Below are positions 27,358-35,849 of a stretch of 64,000 nucleotides of DNA, piece by piece. The number at the start of each line of letters is the position of its first letter. The stretch's first letter is position 1. The notes beneath the pieces were generated by a model. That model was given only the letters and a program-made list of their open reading frames with translations. It had not been told where the DNA came from and searched no databases. Location of the stretch: assembly GCA_965248765.1 (NCBI GenBank), contig CBDFKF010000003.1, positions 566,222-630,221 of the forward strand, written 5' to 3'. Origin of the DNA: Alphaproteobacteria bacterium (GTDB taxonomy: Bacteria; Pseudomonadota; Alphaproteobacteria; VGEJ01). The position numbers were made by a program, and so were the translations under genes.

Positions 27358-28346
27358 AGCGGGACCGCCCTCTGAACGCCGCGCTCGCTGTGCTTGTGCT
27401 CGTGACGCTCATCCTGTCTGTGCTAGCGGGGCGCACTTGGATCCCGCTGTTCGATGCCGTCAGGCTGGTGATCGCCGGCGATGGGAGCGGACTTGCCGTC
27501 GTGACGCAGGAGATACGCCTGCCACGGGCGATCCTCGGGGCATTGGTCGGCGCGGCTCTCGGCTTGGCCGGCGCTGCCATGCAGGGCCTGCTGTGCAATC
27601 CGTTGGCCGAGCCGGGATTGATCGGGATATCCGGCGCCGCCGCCCTCGGTGCGGTGCTCGCCTTTTACAGTGGGCTTGCCGCTCTGATTCCGCTCGCGCT
27701 GCCGCTCGGCGGCATTACCGGGGCGCTCCTCGCGGCTCTGGCGATCCACCTGTTTTCGCGTCGCGACCACAGCGTGCTTGCCCTAATCCTCGCCGGCATC
27801 GCCATCAACAGCCTGGCTGGCGCTCTCACCGCACTCGCCCTCAATCTCGCGCCGAGCCCCTACGCGGCGCTCGAGGTTTTCTTCTGGCTCTTGGGCTCGC
27901 TCGTCGATCGCAGCTTCGACCACGTCGCCCTTGCGGCGCCGCTGATGGTCGTCGGCTGGGCGCTGTTCGTGGGCGCGGGCCGCGGCCTCGATGCCCTTAG
28001 CATGGGCGAGGACACCGCCGCGAGCCTCGGCGTCGACCTCGGCCGGCTGCGCTTCAGGCTGATCCTCGGCACCGCGCTCTCGGTCGGTGCAGCGGTTGCC
28101 GTGACCGGAATCGTCGGTTTCGTCGGGCTGGTTGTGCCGCACCTGTTGAGGCCGCTCGTCGGCCACCAACCGTCACGTTTGCTGCTGCCGAGCGCGCTTG
28201 GTGGCGCCGCGTTGACGCTCGCCGCGGATACGCTCGCCCGGCTGACGCCAACCGGCTCGGAAATAAAGCTCGGCGTGCTGACGGCGATCCTCGGTTCGCC
28301 CTTCTTCTTTCTCCTGCTGGTGCGCACCCGCCGGGCCGTGACATGA
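27354..28346 (+). CDS. FecCD/BtuC-family ABC importer permease
   Basis: 330 aa and multi-TM, with LPRAILGALVGAALGLAGAAMQGLLCNPLAEPGLIGISGAAALG and VVPHLLRPLVG. Confidence 0.85.
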   Translation: MKRDRPLNAALAVLVLVTLILSVLAGRTWIPLFDAVRLVIAGDGSGLAVVTQEIRLPRAILGALVGAALGLAGAAMQGLLCNPLAEPGLIGISGAAALGAVLAFYSGLAALIPLALPLGGITGALLAALAIHLFSRRDHSVLALILAGIAINSLAGALTALALNLAPSPYAALEVFFWLLGSLVDRSFDHVALAAPLMVVGWALFVGAGRGLDALSMGEDTAASLGVDLGRLRFRLILGTALSVGAAVAVTGIVGFVGLVVPHLLRPLVGHQPSRLLLPSALGGAALTLAADTLARLTPTGSEIKLGVLTAILGSPFFFLLLVRTRRAVT

Positions 28347-29133
28347 ACGCGATCGAGGCAACCGGCGTGGTGGTGCGGAAAGGACCGACCCGTATCGTCG
28401 ATGGCCTCGATATCGCTGTCGGTGCCGGTGAGGTGTTGGGGTTGATCGGGCCGAACGGCGCCGGCAAGACCACGCTCCTGCGTGCATTGTGCCGCCTCGA
28501 GCCGTTGGCGAGCGGCCGGGTACTGCTCGACGGACGTCCCGTGGTGAACCTCGAACGACGCGCGCTGGCGCGAGGCCTCGCTTATTGCGCGCAAGGCGCT
28601 GTCTGCCACTGGCCGCTGACGGTCGAACGCCTAGTCGCGCTCGGCCGGCTGCCCCACCTTGAGCCGTGGCGGCAGCCGGGCGCCCACGATGAAGAGGCCA
28701 TAGGACGCGCGATGGCCGAGGCCGATGTCACGCAGTTCGCCACCCGCGCTGTCGATACGCTCTCGAGCGGCGAGCGGGCCCGGGCGCTGCTGGCGCGCGC
28801 GAAGCGCCCGTGTTGCTAGCCGACGAGCCGGTGGCGGCGCTCGATCCGCGTCATCAGCTCGAGATCATGGCGACGCTGCGGCGACGGGCGGGCGTCGGCA
28901 CGGCTGTCGTATGCGTCCTGCACGATCTCAACCTCGCCGCGCGGTTTTGCGACCGCTTGGCATTGATGAATCGGGGGCGACTCCGCGCCGTGGGGCCGCC
29001 GGCAGCGGTGCTGAGCCCGGCAAACCTGGAGGCGACGTTCGCCATCCGCGCCGCATTCGGCGATCACGAGGCGGAGCCGTTCGTTATCCCGTGGGCACCG
29101 ACCGGCACGACCCCGCCGGAGGCGCAGCCATGA
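28343..29133 (+). pseudogene. ABC importer ATPase (BtuD/FecE type) disrupted between the signature motif and Walker B
   Basis: ORF 28343..28819 carries Walker A GPNGAGKTTLL and the signature LSSGERARALLARA, then runs to a stop. ORF 28810..29133, in another frame, starts with EAPVLLADEPVAALD (Walker B) and the H-loop VLHDLN. The junction lies in the GCGCGCGCG tract at 28793-28801. The span is 791 nt (3n+2). Confidence 0.75.
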
Positions 29134-29945
29134 CGCAGTGGCGGCCCGTGCTACCGATGTTGGCAGCCTCGCTGGCGCTTCATGCCGCGGCGGTGGCCGC
29201 AGTGCTCGTCATCAACGGCGCCGGATGGCTCGCGGCTTCACCCGCAGCCACCGAGCCACGAGCCATCGCGGTAGCGCTGTTCACCCCGGCAGACGTGCGC
29301 ACGCCCGCTTCAGCACCGGCGTACGAACTGTCGGCGGGGTCGACGCTTGCTCCCGCCCTGCTCCCGGTAGCCGCCGCCCGAGATGCGCTGCGGCCATCGG
29401 AAGCGGCGATGTCCCTCTCGCCGCAGTCGCCCGAGGCGCTCGCGCCGACCATCGATGGCGCTGAGATCGCCGCACTAACCGAGTCCCCGGCGCTCGTCGC
29501 CGGCGCGAGCCCCTCCGGGACCGCCCGGTCAACCGATGCCGGGGACTCGGTGGCCGTTCGCGCCGTTGTCGGCGCCACGCGCCTCTCGCCGGGCGATGGC
29601 CCGACGCCGACCATTATCGGCACCGACCCGGCGGCGACAGATGGGCGAAGGGCCGCGGACGACGCCGAGGCGCTATGGCAGCTTGCAGCGCTCCAAAATC
29701 CGGCGCCGCGCTACCCGCCGTTTGCCCGTCGACGCGGCCTCGAGGGGCGCACCATCCTCGAGGTGGAGGTGCTTGAGGACGGGTCACCAGGCGATCTGCG
29801 GGTCGTTTCGAGTTCCGGCCACGCGTTGCTCGATCGCGCCGCGCTGGCTGCCGTCAAAAAATGGGCGTTTCGTCCGGCGCGCCGGGGCGGCCGGGCGGTC
29901 CGGGCTCTCGTCCGCATCCCCATACGCTTTCAGCTAACCGACTAG
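29130..29945 (+). CDS. tonB: Energy transducer TonB
   Basis: ATG 29130 overlaps the ATPase stop (ATGA). There is an N-terminal TM VLPMLAASLALHAAAVAAVLVI, a Pro/Ala-rich spacer and the C-terminal TonB domain YPPFARRRGLEGRTILEVEVLEDGSPGDLRVVSSSGHALLDRAALAAVKKWAFRPA. Confidence 0.75.
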   Translation: MTQWRPVLPMLAASLALHAAAVAAVLVINGAGWLAASPAATEPRAIAVALFTPADVRTPASAPAYELSAGSTLAPALLPVAAARDALRPSEAAMSLSPQSPEALAPTIDGAEIAALTESPALVAGASPSGTARSTDAGDSVAVRAVVGATRLSPGDGPTPTIIGTDPAATDGRRAADDAEALWQLAALQNPAPRYPPFARRRGLEGRTILEVEVLEDGSPGDLRVVSSSGHALLDRAALAAVKKWAFRPARRGGRAVRALVRIPIRFQLTD

Positions 29946-30284
29946 GTCATGTACTCATAAACGAGAGTTCGGTCAGTGGCGGAATGCAGATGTCGGCTTC
30001 AGAGCCAACACCGGTCGCAAATCGGTGCATTTGGCTACTTCCGCCTGTAGCCCAGGAGCCGACATTCAGGCTAAGAGCAGACTGGGCGCGAAAGTGGCAC
30101 GAAAGCGATGCCTCATGCTCGCCAAGGACATCATTCCGGCAGTCCCGCCCGGCGCCAGGGAAATGCCTATGTCATGATCAGGCCGACCAAGACCGGCTGA
30201 TCTCGGGTATGTGGGGGATGTCGGGAATCGGGGTAATTCCCCGCCGCGGCGGCGTGGCCTAAAGGCGCACTCATAGCAAGGGGG

Positions 30285-31429
30285 TCAATTCAGCTGGTCG
30301 ACGAAATACATCCGCAGGGGCGCCTTGTTCTTCACCGGCAGGGTGCCGCGCTCTTCGGTCGTGGCGTTCCCGAGCAGTGTCAAGGTTGCCTCGGAAATAT
30401 TGACGCGGCCGGCGTCGCTCGCGGCTTCCAGGCGGGCGGCGACATTGACGGTGTCGCCCCAGATGTCGAGATTGCCATGTTCGCCCAGGCTGCCAGCGAT
30501 GGCTGGGCCGGAATGCACGCCGATGCGGACGTTCCAGGCCGGCTCCCCCAAGGCGACGCGGGCGCTGTTCTCCGCTGCAATGTAATCGCGGATCGCGAGG
30601 GCCGCGGCGCCGGCGTCGCGTGCATGGTCGGCGTTGGCCGCCGGGATGCCCGCGGTCGCCATATAGGAATCGCCGATGGTTTTGATCCGTGTGAGCTCGA
30701 AGCGCTCGCATATCTTGTCGAAGGCGCCGAAGTAGCGGGCGAGGGTTTCCAACAGCACGGCGGGTTCCAGCTCTTCGGTGTGGCGCGTGAAGTCGACAAA
30801 ATCGGTGAACAAGATACTGGCTTGCGAATGGAACTGGCCGCGTACGGGCGTCTTCTCTTTTGCCGGTGCCACCGCTTCACCGCCAGTGCGTGGGAATCCG
30901 CCCTGCAGCAGGCGAATGACCTGGTCGGCCAGCCGGCGCAGCGCGTCGATAGCGCGCGGATCTAGGGTCTTCGGCTCCGGAGCCATGACGCAAAGCGTGC
31001 CCATGATATAACCGTTGGCGCTGACCAGCGGCGCGCCGGCGTAGAAGCGCAGGGACATCGGCGGGTTGATGATCGGATGGTCCTGGTCCTTTCGTCTGTG
31101 CGCAGGTCCTCGATGATCAGGACATCGCCTTGCGAAAGGACGAACTGGCAGAGGCCGCCTTCGATCGGCATCTTCGCTGGCAACGCCTCCGGCAGGCCGC
31201 ACGATCGCAGCGTGTGCTGATCCGGCCGGTCCAGGATGTTGACCATCGCGATCGGGGTGTTGGCGACGGCGCAGGCGATCTGGATGATGTCGTTGAGGTC
31301 CGGATCCTTGCGGTTGACTCCGGTCAGGCCGAGCACGCTGATTTCGCGCAGGCGTTCTGTTTCGTTGTCGGGAACCGGCGCCAGCTTGAAGCCGCCATCC
31401 ATCGTCCCCTCGTCGTCGGGTTTACTCAT
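30285..31429 (-). pseudogene. GAF-domain adenylate/guanylate cyclase with a frameshift in the GAF domain
   Basis: ORF 30962..31429 gives NETERLREISVLGL...LIIEDLRTDE. ORF 30285..31202 continues in another frame as KDQDHPIINPPMSLRFYAGAPL...GQFHSQASILFTDFVDFT...TIGDSYMA...WGDTVNVAARLE (class III cyclase). The junction is at the A-run (ttt on the plus strand, 31090-31092). The span is 1145 nt (3n+2). Confidence 0.75.
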
Positions 31430-31870
31430 GACGTTGTTGGTCTTTCCCGTTTCCCGGAAACATGTGCTTCCGCTGCCTCTTCGTCAGCGGAAGAATTTCC
31501 CCTCGACCGACATGGAGCCATTTTTCACGATATCGTCCGTCATCGAGACTGCGCCAGGTGATCATGGTTTGATCGAAGTCTATTGTCGGCAGGTAACCCC
31601 GTCCACCGAGGCCGAATGTCGCAAATGGGGTCAGGATCGGTAGTTCGCCGGTTCGGAGTCGGCTACCGGTTGACCGAAGTGGCCTGTGAGCGGACATCGC
31701 CACTCACAGCACCATTTACTGAGTACACGACCTAGGCGGGCGACCCGCCGCGGCAACAACACGATGAATTATTCTTGACATAGAGCACAATATGTAGGGG
31801 TATTCGCGCTGCTGCCCACGGGGGCGGGTACGCGCGGGCAGACACCTTGGCAATCACCGAAGAGGCAGAA

Positions 31871-32113
31871 ATGCCAGAAGTTCTAGACCGCGTTAAGAGG
31901 TGGATCGGCCAGATCACGGAGGTCGGTCTTTTGCTGGTGGCCCTAGGTATTGTGGTTCAGATCTTGTTCGGCAGGGCCACAACGTCGTTCCTCGGGGGCG
32001 ACATCGTCGGCAATCTCACCTCGCTGATCGCCGCATTGGGGGACAACGGCCTAGTTGGCTTGGTCGCACTGGCGGTCATCTTGTGGCTGTTCTGGAGACG
32101 CCAGCCCGGCTAG
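31871..32113 (+). CDS. Small two-TM membrane protein, unrecognised family (paralogue 1, 80 aa)
   Basis: ATG 31871 follows GAAGAGG. The product is MPEVLDRVKRWIGQITEVGLLLVALGIVVQILFGRATTSFLGGDIVGNLTSLIAALGDNGLVGLVALAVILWLFWRRQPG. About half the positions are identical to the ORF at 32347. A GC-rich hairpin follows the stop. Confidence 0.55.
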   Translation: MPEVLDRVKRWIGQITEVGLLLVALGIVVQILFGRATTSFLGGDIVGNLTSLIAALGDNGLVGLVALAVILWLFWRRQPG

Positions 32114-32133
32114 CCGGACGCGCGATGCGCGAT

Positions 32134-32164
32134 GGCTCGGGGCGGAGTTGCCCCGTCCCGAGCC
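32134..32164 (+). terminator. GC-rich hairpin after paralogue 1 (candidate intrinsic terminator)
   Basis: GGCTCGGGGCGGAGTTGCCCCGTCCCGAGCC (outer GGCTCGGG/CCCGAGCC, inner GGGGC/GCCCC), followed by TCTTTCC. The T-tract is weak. Confidence 0.4.
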
Positions 32165-32346
32165 TCTTTCCGCACCGTCAATAGACTTGGTTGCAGACTC
32201 GGCATCGGTCGTCAGGGGTCCGTTCAAGGCGAGTGCCGCCGTTTGGCGTAGTTATTTTTCACTTTCCTCCGGACTCTGAAAGTGTCATAGAATGCCGCCG
32301 GCGCCTTATGCCAGTGGTTGTTCGGTGAACGAAAGAGGAGAATGAG

Positions 32347-32583
32347 ATGAACATCCTCGAGACTGTCAAGGAATGGATCGGTAAGTTAACCGAAGTGGGG
32401 CTTCTCATAGTAGGTATTGGCATCGTCCTGCAGATTTTGTTCGGCGATCGTGTCAACTTCATCACGGGCGACGTGATCTCTAACTTGGTGGAGGTGATCC
32501 GCAGCGTCGGTCAGAACGGCGTGTTCGGACTGATCGCTCTCGGGATCATCATCTGGATTTTCCACCGGCGGCGGCTGGCTTAG
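32347..32583 (+). CDS. Small two-TM membrane protein, unrecognised family (paralogue 2, 78 aa)
   Basis: ATG 32347 follows AAGAGGAGAATGAG. The product is MNILETVKEWIGKLTEVGLLIVGIGIVLQILFGDRVNFITGDVISNLVEVIRSVGQNGVFGLIALGIIIWIFHRRRLA. The architecture and conserved blocks match the ORF at 31871. Confidence 0.6.
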   Translation: MNILETVKEWIGKLTEVGLLIVGIGIVLQILFGDRVNFITGDVISNLVEVIRSVGQNGVFGLIALGIIIWIFHRRRLA

Positions 32584-32607
32584 CTCGCACCACCGGTTGG
32601 GGGAGAT

Positions 32608-32636
32608 AACGGCCTCCGGCATCGCTGGAGGCCGTT
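32608..32636. terminator. Perfect 10-bp stem hairpin between convergent genes (candidate bidirectional terminator)
   Basis: AACGGCCTCC-GGCATCGCT-GGAGGCCGTT, followed by GCCTTGTTG. It lies between the paralogue 2 stop (32583) and the VOC gene stop (32659). Confidence 0.5.
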
Positions 32637-32658
32637 GCCTTGTTGCGGCTCTATCGGC

Positions 32659-33042
32659 TCAGCCGTCGGCTGGTGTCATCAACGCGATAACCGCCCCCGT
32701 GGGATCGGCGATCACCGCCATCCGGCCGATCCCCGGGATGGTTATCGGCTCTATCGCGATCTTGCCACCGGCGCTCGCGACCTTGCCGGCGGCAGCATCG
32801 ACGTCGTCGACCGCGATGTAGGACATCCAGTTTGGTGGCACGCCGTCGAACTGCGTGCCACTCATCTTGAACATACCACCGACGTCCTTGTCGCTCTGGC
32901 GCCATAGGACATAGGAGCCGTTGCCGTCGGGCATCGGCATCTCGCGCGTCTCCCAACCGACCACCTCGCCATAGAAACGCTTGCAGACACCGGTGTCTGT
33001 GGTGCTGAGTTCGTTCCGGAAGAATGTGCCGTGGTCGGCCAT
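32659..33042 (-). CDS. VOC-family (glyoxalase/bleomycin-resistance fold) protein
   Basis: 127 aa. MADHGTFFRNELSTTD...FYGEVVGWET...GRMAVIADPTGAVIALM is typical of small VOC proteins. Confidence 0.75.
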   Translation of the reverse strand: MADHGTFFRNELSTTDTGVCKRFYGEVVGWETREMPMPDGNGSYVLWRQSDKDVGGMFKMSGTQFDGVPPNWMSYIAVDDVDAAAGKVASAGGKIAIEPITIPGIGRMAVIADPTGAVIALMTPADG

Positions 33043-33144
33043 GGAGCCTCTCCATCGGGTTGTAACGACGGCTCGAGCTTAGCGACCGCTGGGAACGCCA
33101 AGCAAGCGACGCCGAAGCGGCGGGGAATCTGAGTGAGGAAGGGC

Positions 33145-34389
33145 ATGACGGGGACGAGAAGCGAAAAGGTGAGCTTCGAGGGTGGTAGCGGCGATAGCCT
33201 GGCGGCACGCCTCGATGAGCCGGCCGGCGTGCCGCGCGCCTATGCCCTATTCGCCCATTGCTTCACCTGCGGCAAAGACATCCGCGCGGCGCGCAACATC
33301 GCGCGGGGACTGGTCGATCGGGACATCGGCGTACTCCGTTTCGATTTCACCGGCCTCGGCCACAGCGAGGGCGAGTTCGCTAACACCGACTTCTCCTCGA
33401 ACATCGAGGATCTGGTCCGTGCCGCCGACTGGCTGCGAGTCAACCGCCAAGCGCCTGCCCTCGTGATCGGCCACAGCTTGGGCGGTGCTGCCGTCTTGGC
33501 CGCGGCACCGAGGATGCCGGAGGCGAGAGCCGTGGCGACCATCGGCGCGCCCGCCGAACCAGCCGATCTGCGCCACCTGTTTCCGGATACGGCGGCGGCG
33601 ATCGAGGCGAGCGGCGATGCCGAGGTGGCGATCGGCGGCCGCACCTTTCGGCTGCGCAAGGCGTTCCTCGACGATATCGCCAGCCACCGGCTCGCTCCCC
33701 TCATCGCGGATCTCGGCCGACCCCTCCTCGTCCTACACAGCCCACGTGATGCGGTCGTCGATATTGACAACGCGGCGCAGATCTTCATGGCGGCCAAGCA
33801 CCCCAAGAGCTTCGTCTCACTCGATGACGCCGACCACCCGCTCTCGCGTGCCGAGGATGCCGACTATACCGCCGGCGTGGTCGCCGCCTGGGTGTCCCGG
33901 TATGTACCGGCTGCGGCGCCCGACCCGGCATTCGCGGCCGATCAGGGCGAGGTTGTGGTTTTCGAGACCGGCGAGGGGCGGCTCCAGCAAGCGATCCTCG
34001 CCGGCCCTCACCGACTGATCGCCGACGAGCCGAAAGCCCTCGGCGGCGACGACACCGGGCCGACGCCCTACGGGCTCTTGCTCGCCGCCCTCGGCGCCTG
34101 CACGACGATGACGCTCTGACTCTACGCCGAGCGCAAGGGCCTCGCCCTCAGACGGGCAAGCATCAGACTGCGGCACGCCAGAATCCATGCCGAGGACTGC
34201 GCCGATTGCGAGACGCGCATCGGCAAGATCGACGACATTGAGAGCGAGCTCACGCTCGAAGGCGACCTCGACGACACCGCCCGCGAGCGCCTGCTCGAGA
34301 TCGCCGATCGCTGCCCGGTCCACCGCACCTTGCACGCAGAGGTCCGCGTTCGAACCCGCCTCGTTTCGCCAACCGCCGGGGGAGGTTAG
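33145..34389 (+). pseudogene. Bifunctional alpha/beta-hydrolase / OsmC-family protein interrupted by an in-frame TGA
   Basis: The hydrolase part has [10 protein letters not shown] and the nucleophile elbow GHSLGG. The OsmC part [20 protein letters not shown] is cut by TGA at 34117-34119. The same frame continues [27 protein letters not shown]...[14 protein letters not shown] to TAG at 34387-34389. Confidence 0.75.
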
Positions 34390-34799
34390 ATAACCGCGGT
34401 GACCTCGACCTCGACCAGCATGTCCGGTGTGAAGAGCGACTGGATGCCTAAGAGCGTCTGTGCAGAGGGCATATCCGAGCCGAAGAACTTCTTGTTTGCC
34501 GCGACGATGACCTCGCCATCTTCGGGCTTGTAGTTGACGATATAGGTGGTCATGCGCACGACGTCTTTCGGCGCCGCGCCGGCCTTCTTGAGGACGTTGC
34601 GGATGTTCTCGTGCGCCTGGGCCACCTGAGCGGCGAGGTCACCGGGACCGATGAGATTGGCGTCCTTGTCCCAGCCGATCTGACCGGAGACGAAGATGAC
34701 TTTGGCATCGGCGGCGACCACGGCATGCGATAGGCCGTAGTCGATGACGGGAAAGACCCCGTCTTCTTGCGTCGGGTTGATGTGCGTGAGCGTGGCCAT
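34386..34799 (-). CDS. RidA/YjgF-family protein
   Basis: ATG 34799 follows [62 protein letters not shown] is a typical RidA pattern. Confidence 0.8.
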   Translation of the reverse strand: MATLTHINPTQEDGVFPVIDYGLSHAVVAADAKVIFVSGQIGWDKDANLIGPGDLAAQVAQAHENIRNVLKKAGAAPKDVVRMTTYIVNYKPEDGEVIVAANKKFFGSDMPSAQTLLGIQSLFTPDMLVEVEVTAVI

Positions 34800-34882
34800 G
34801 GGCCTCCTCCCTACGAGCGTACTCATTATTTTGCGCCGCCGCGGCGGGCCGCTAACGCTACCACGAGCGCGGCGGCGAGAGT

Positions 34883-35485
34883 CTAGCCCTTGGTGATCGG
34901 GATGTGGCCGGGGTGGTGGCCGACGCGATCGAGCCAGTCGCGGATGCGGGGATAGCCGGCCAGATCGAAGCCGCCCTCATCGGCAACGTGGGTGTAGGCA
35001 TAAAGCGCGATGTCAGCGATCGTGTAGCGATCGGCGACGAAAAACGGACGTCCCCCGAGGTGGCCCTCCATGATGTCGAGCGCCGCATAGCCCGAGGCGT
35101 GGCGTTCGGGTAGCAGCCGACGCTGCTCATCGGTCGGCCCGCCGTGCATCAGCCAAAAGCGCGCGACCGCGATGTGCGGCTCATGGCTGTACTGCTCGAA
35201 GAACGACCACTGCATGACGCGCGCCCGATCGAGCGGTTCCTCGGGCAGATAGCGACTTCCCTCGGCGAGAAAGGTCAGGATGGCACCAGATTCGGAGAGA
35301 TAGACCCCGTCGTCGATCTCAAGGAGGGGAATACGACCGTTGGGATTCTTGGCGAGGAACTCGGGCGCCCGCGTTTCGCCCTTGGTGATGTCGAGTTCGA
35401 CCCGCTCGAAACTGCGCGCGAGCTGCCTCAGCAGAAGGCGCACCTTGTACCCGTTGCCCGACGGCAGGTAGTCGTACAGGCGCAT
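34883..35485 (-). CDS. Glutathione S-transferase
   Basis: MRLYDYLPSGNGYKVRLLLRQLARSFERVELDITKGETRAPEFLAKNPNGRIPLLEIDDG (thioredoxin-like N-domain) plus a helical C-domain. Confidence 0.85.
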   Translation of the reverse strand: MRLYDYLPSGNGYKVRLLLRQLARSFERVELDITKGETRAPEFLAKNPNGRIPLLEIDDGVYLSESGAILTFLAEGSRYLPEEPLDRARVMQWSFFEQYSHEPHIAVARFWLMHGGPTDEQRRLLPERHASGYAALDIMEGHLGGRPFFVADRYTIADIALYAYTHVADEGGFDLAGYPRIRDWLDRVGHHPGHIPITKG

Positions 35486-35506
35486 GTGGTCGAGCGAGCG
35501 CGGCGC

Positions 35507-35716
35507 TCAGTCGCGCGGGATTTCGCCGGGCGCGTCCGCCTCATCGATCGCCACCGCCGCCCGGCGGTCGATGTCGAACTCCTGGACGGAATGGTTCGAG
35601 AACGCGGTGAAGCTGCCGAAACGGAGATCGAGCGTGTGAAAAAGGACGCCGCCCGCGACGACCACGATCGTGGTGAACCAGGCACATGCCTCGAGGATGA
35701 CGTCGAACTTGGCCAT
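35507..35716 (-). CDS. Hypothetical small membrane protein (69 aa)
   Basis: It fills the gap between the cyclase and GST genes. GAGG lies about 9 nt before the ATG, third-position GC is strongly biased, and there is one TM segment (AWFTTIVVVAGGVLF). I recognise no family. Confidence 0.4.
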   Translation of the reverse strand: MAKFDVILEACAWFTTIVVVAGGVLFHTLDLRFGSFTAFSNHSVQEFDIDRRAAVAIDEADAPGEIPRD

Positions 35717-35849
35717 GTCGCGCGCCTCACGCCGCCGGTATGCGGTGTCACGTATGACAAGTATAGCCAGGCGAGCGCGGCGCCGAAGTGACGGTCCTCA
35801 CAGGTTCGAAGACACCTGGCGAATAAATCGGCCGCGCCGGTCCCCTTCG

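Noticed and set aside
28725-29945. 406-aa ORF treated as a single protein (also 46694-48310 as a 538-aa protein)
   Set aside because: Only the C-terminal parts are real (tonB from 29130, lpxK from 47327). The N-terminal parts are out-of-frame read-through across the preceding ATPase and waaA genes.
30241-30252. 12-bp perfect palindrome CCGCCGCGGCGG downstream of the cyclase gene as a terminator or operator
   Set aside because: This is a pure GC palindrome of the kind that arises frequently by chance in DNA of this composition. It has no adjacent T-tract and no second copy.
31775-31780. Perfect TTGACA as the -35 box of a promoter for paralogue 1
   Set aside because: No acceptable -10 hexamer lies at 16-19 bp spacing (GGGTAT/GGTATT only). 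A lone hexamer match is expected by chance in AT-richer DNA.
31871-32583. Small two-TM paralogues as VirB2/TrbC-type pilins or phage holins
   Set aside because: Size and the two-helix layout are superficially similar. However, there is no signal peptide as in VirB2/TrbC. No T4SS, endolysin, spanin or other phage genes lie anywhere nearby, and I cannot align them convincingly to those families from memory. They stay as unknown rather than being labelled.
34117-34119. In-frame TGA as selenocysteine or programmed read-through
   Set aside because: I saw no SECIS-like stem-loop immediately downstream. The position is not a redox-active residue (the conserved Cys is four codons upstream). In-frame TAA and TAG lesions occur in other genes of the same window, so a plain nonsense mutation is more economical.
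34340-34370. GTTCGAACCC-type sequence as part of a tRNA T-arm (also 16325-16335)
   Set aside because: Both occurrences lie inside well-supported coding frames, and no acceptor or anticodon stems can be drawn around them. I found no tRNA, rRNA or CRISPR repeat array anywhere in the window.
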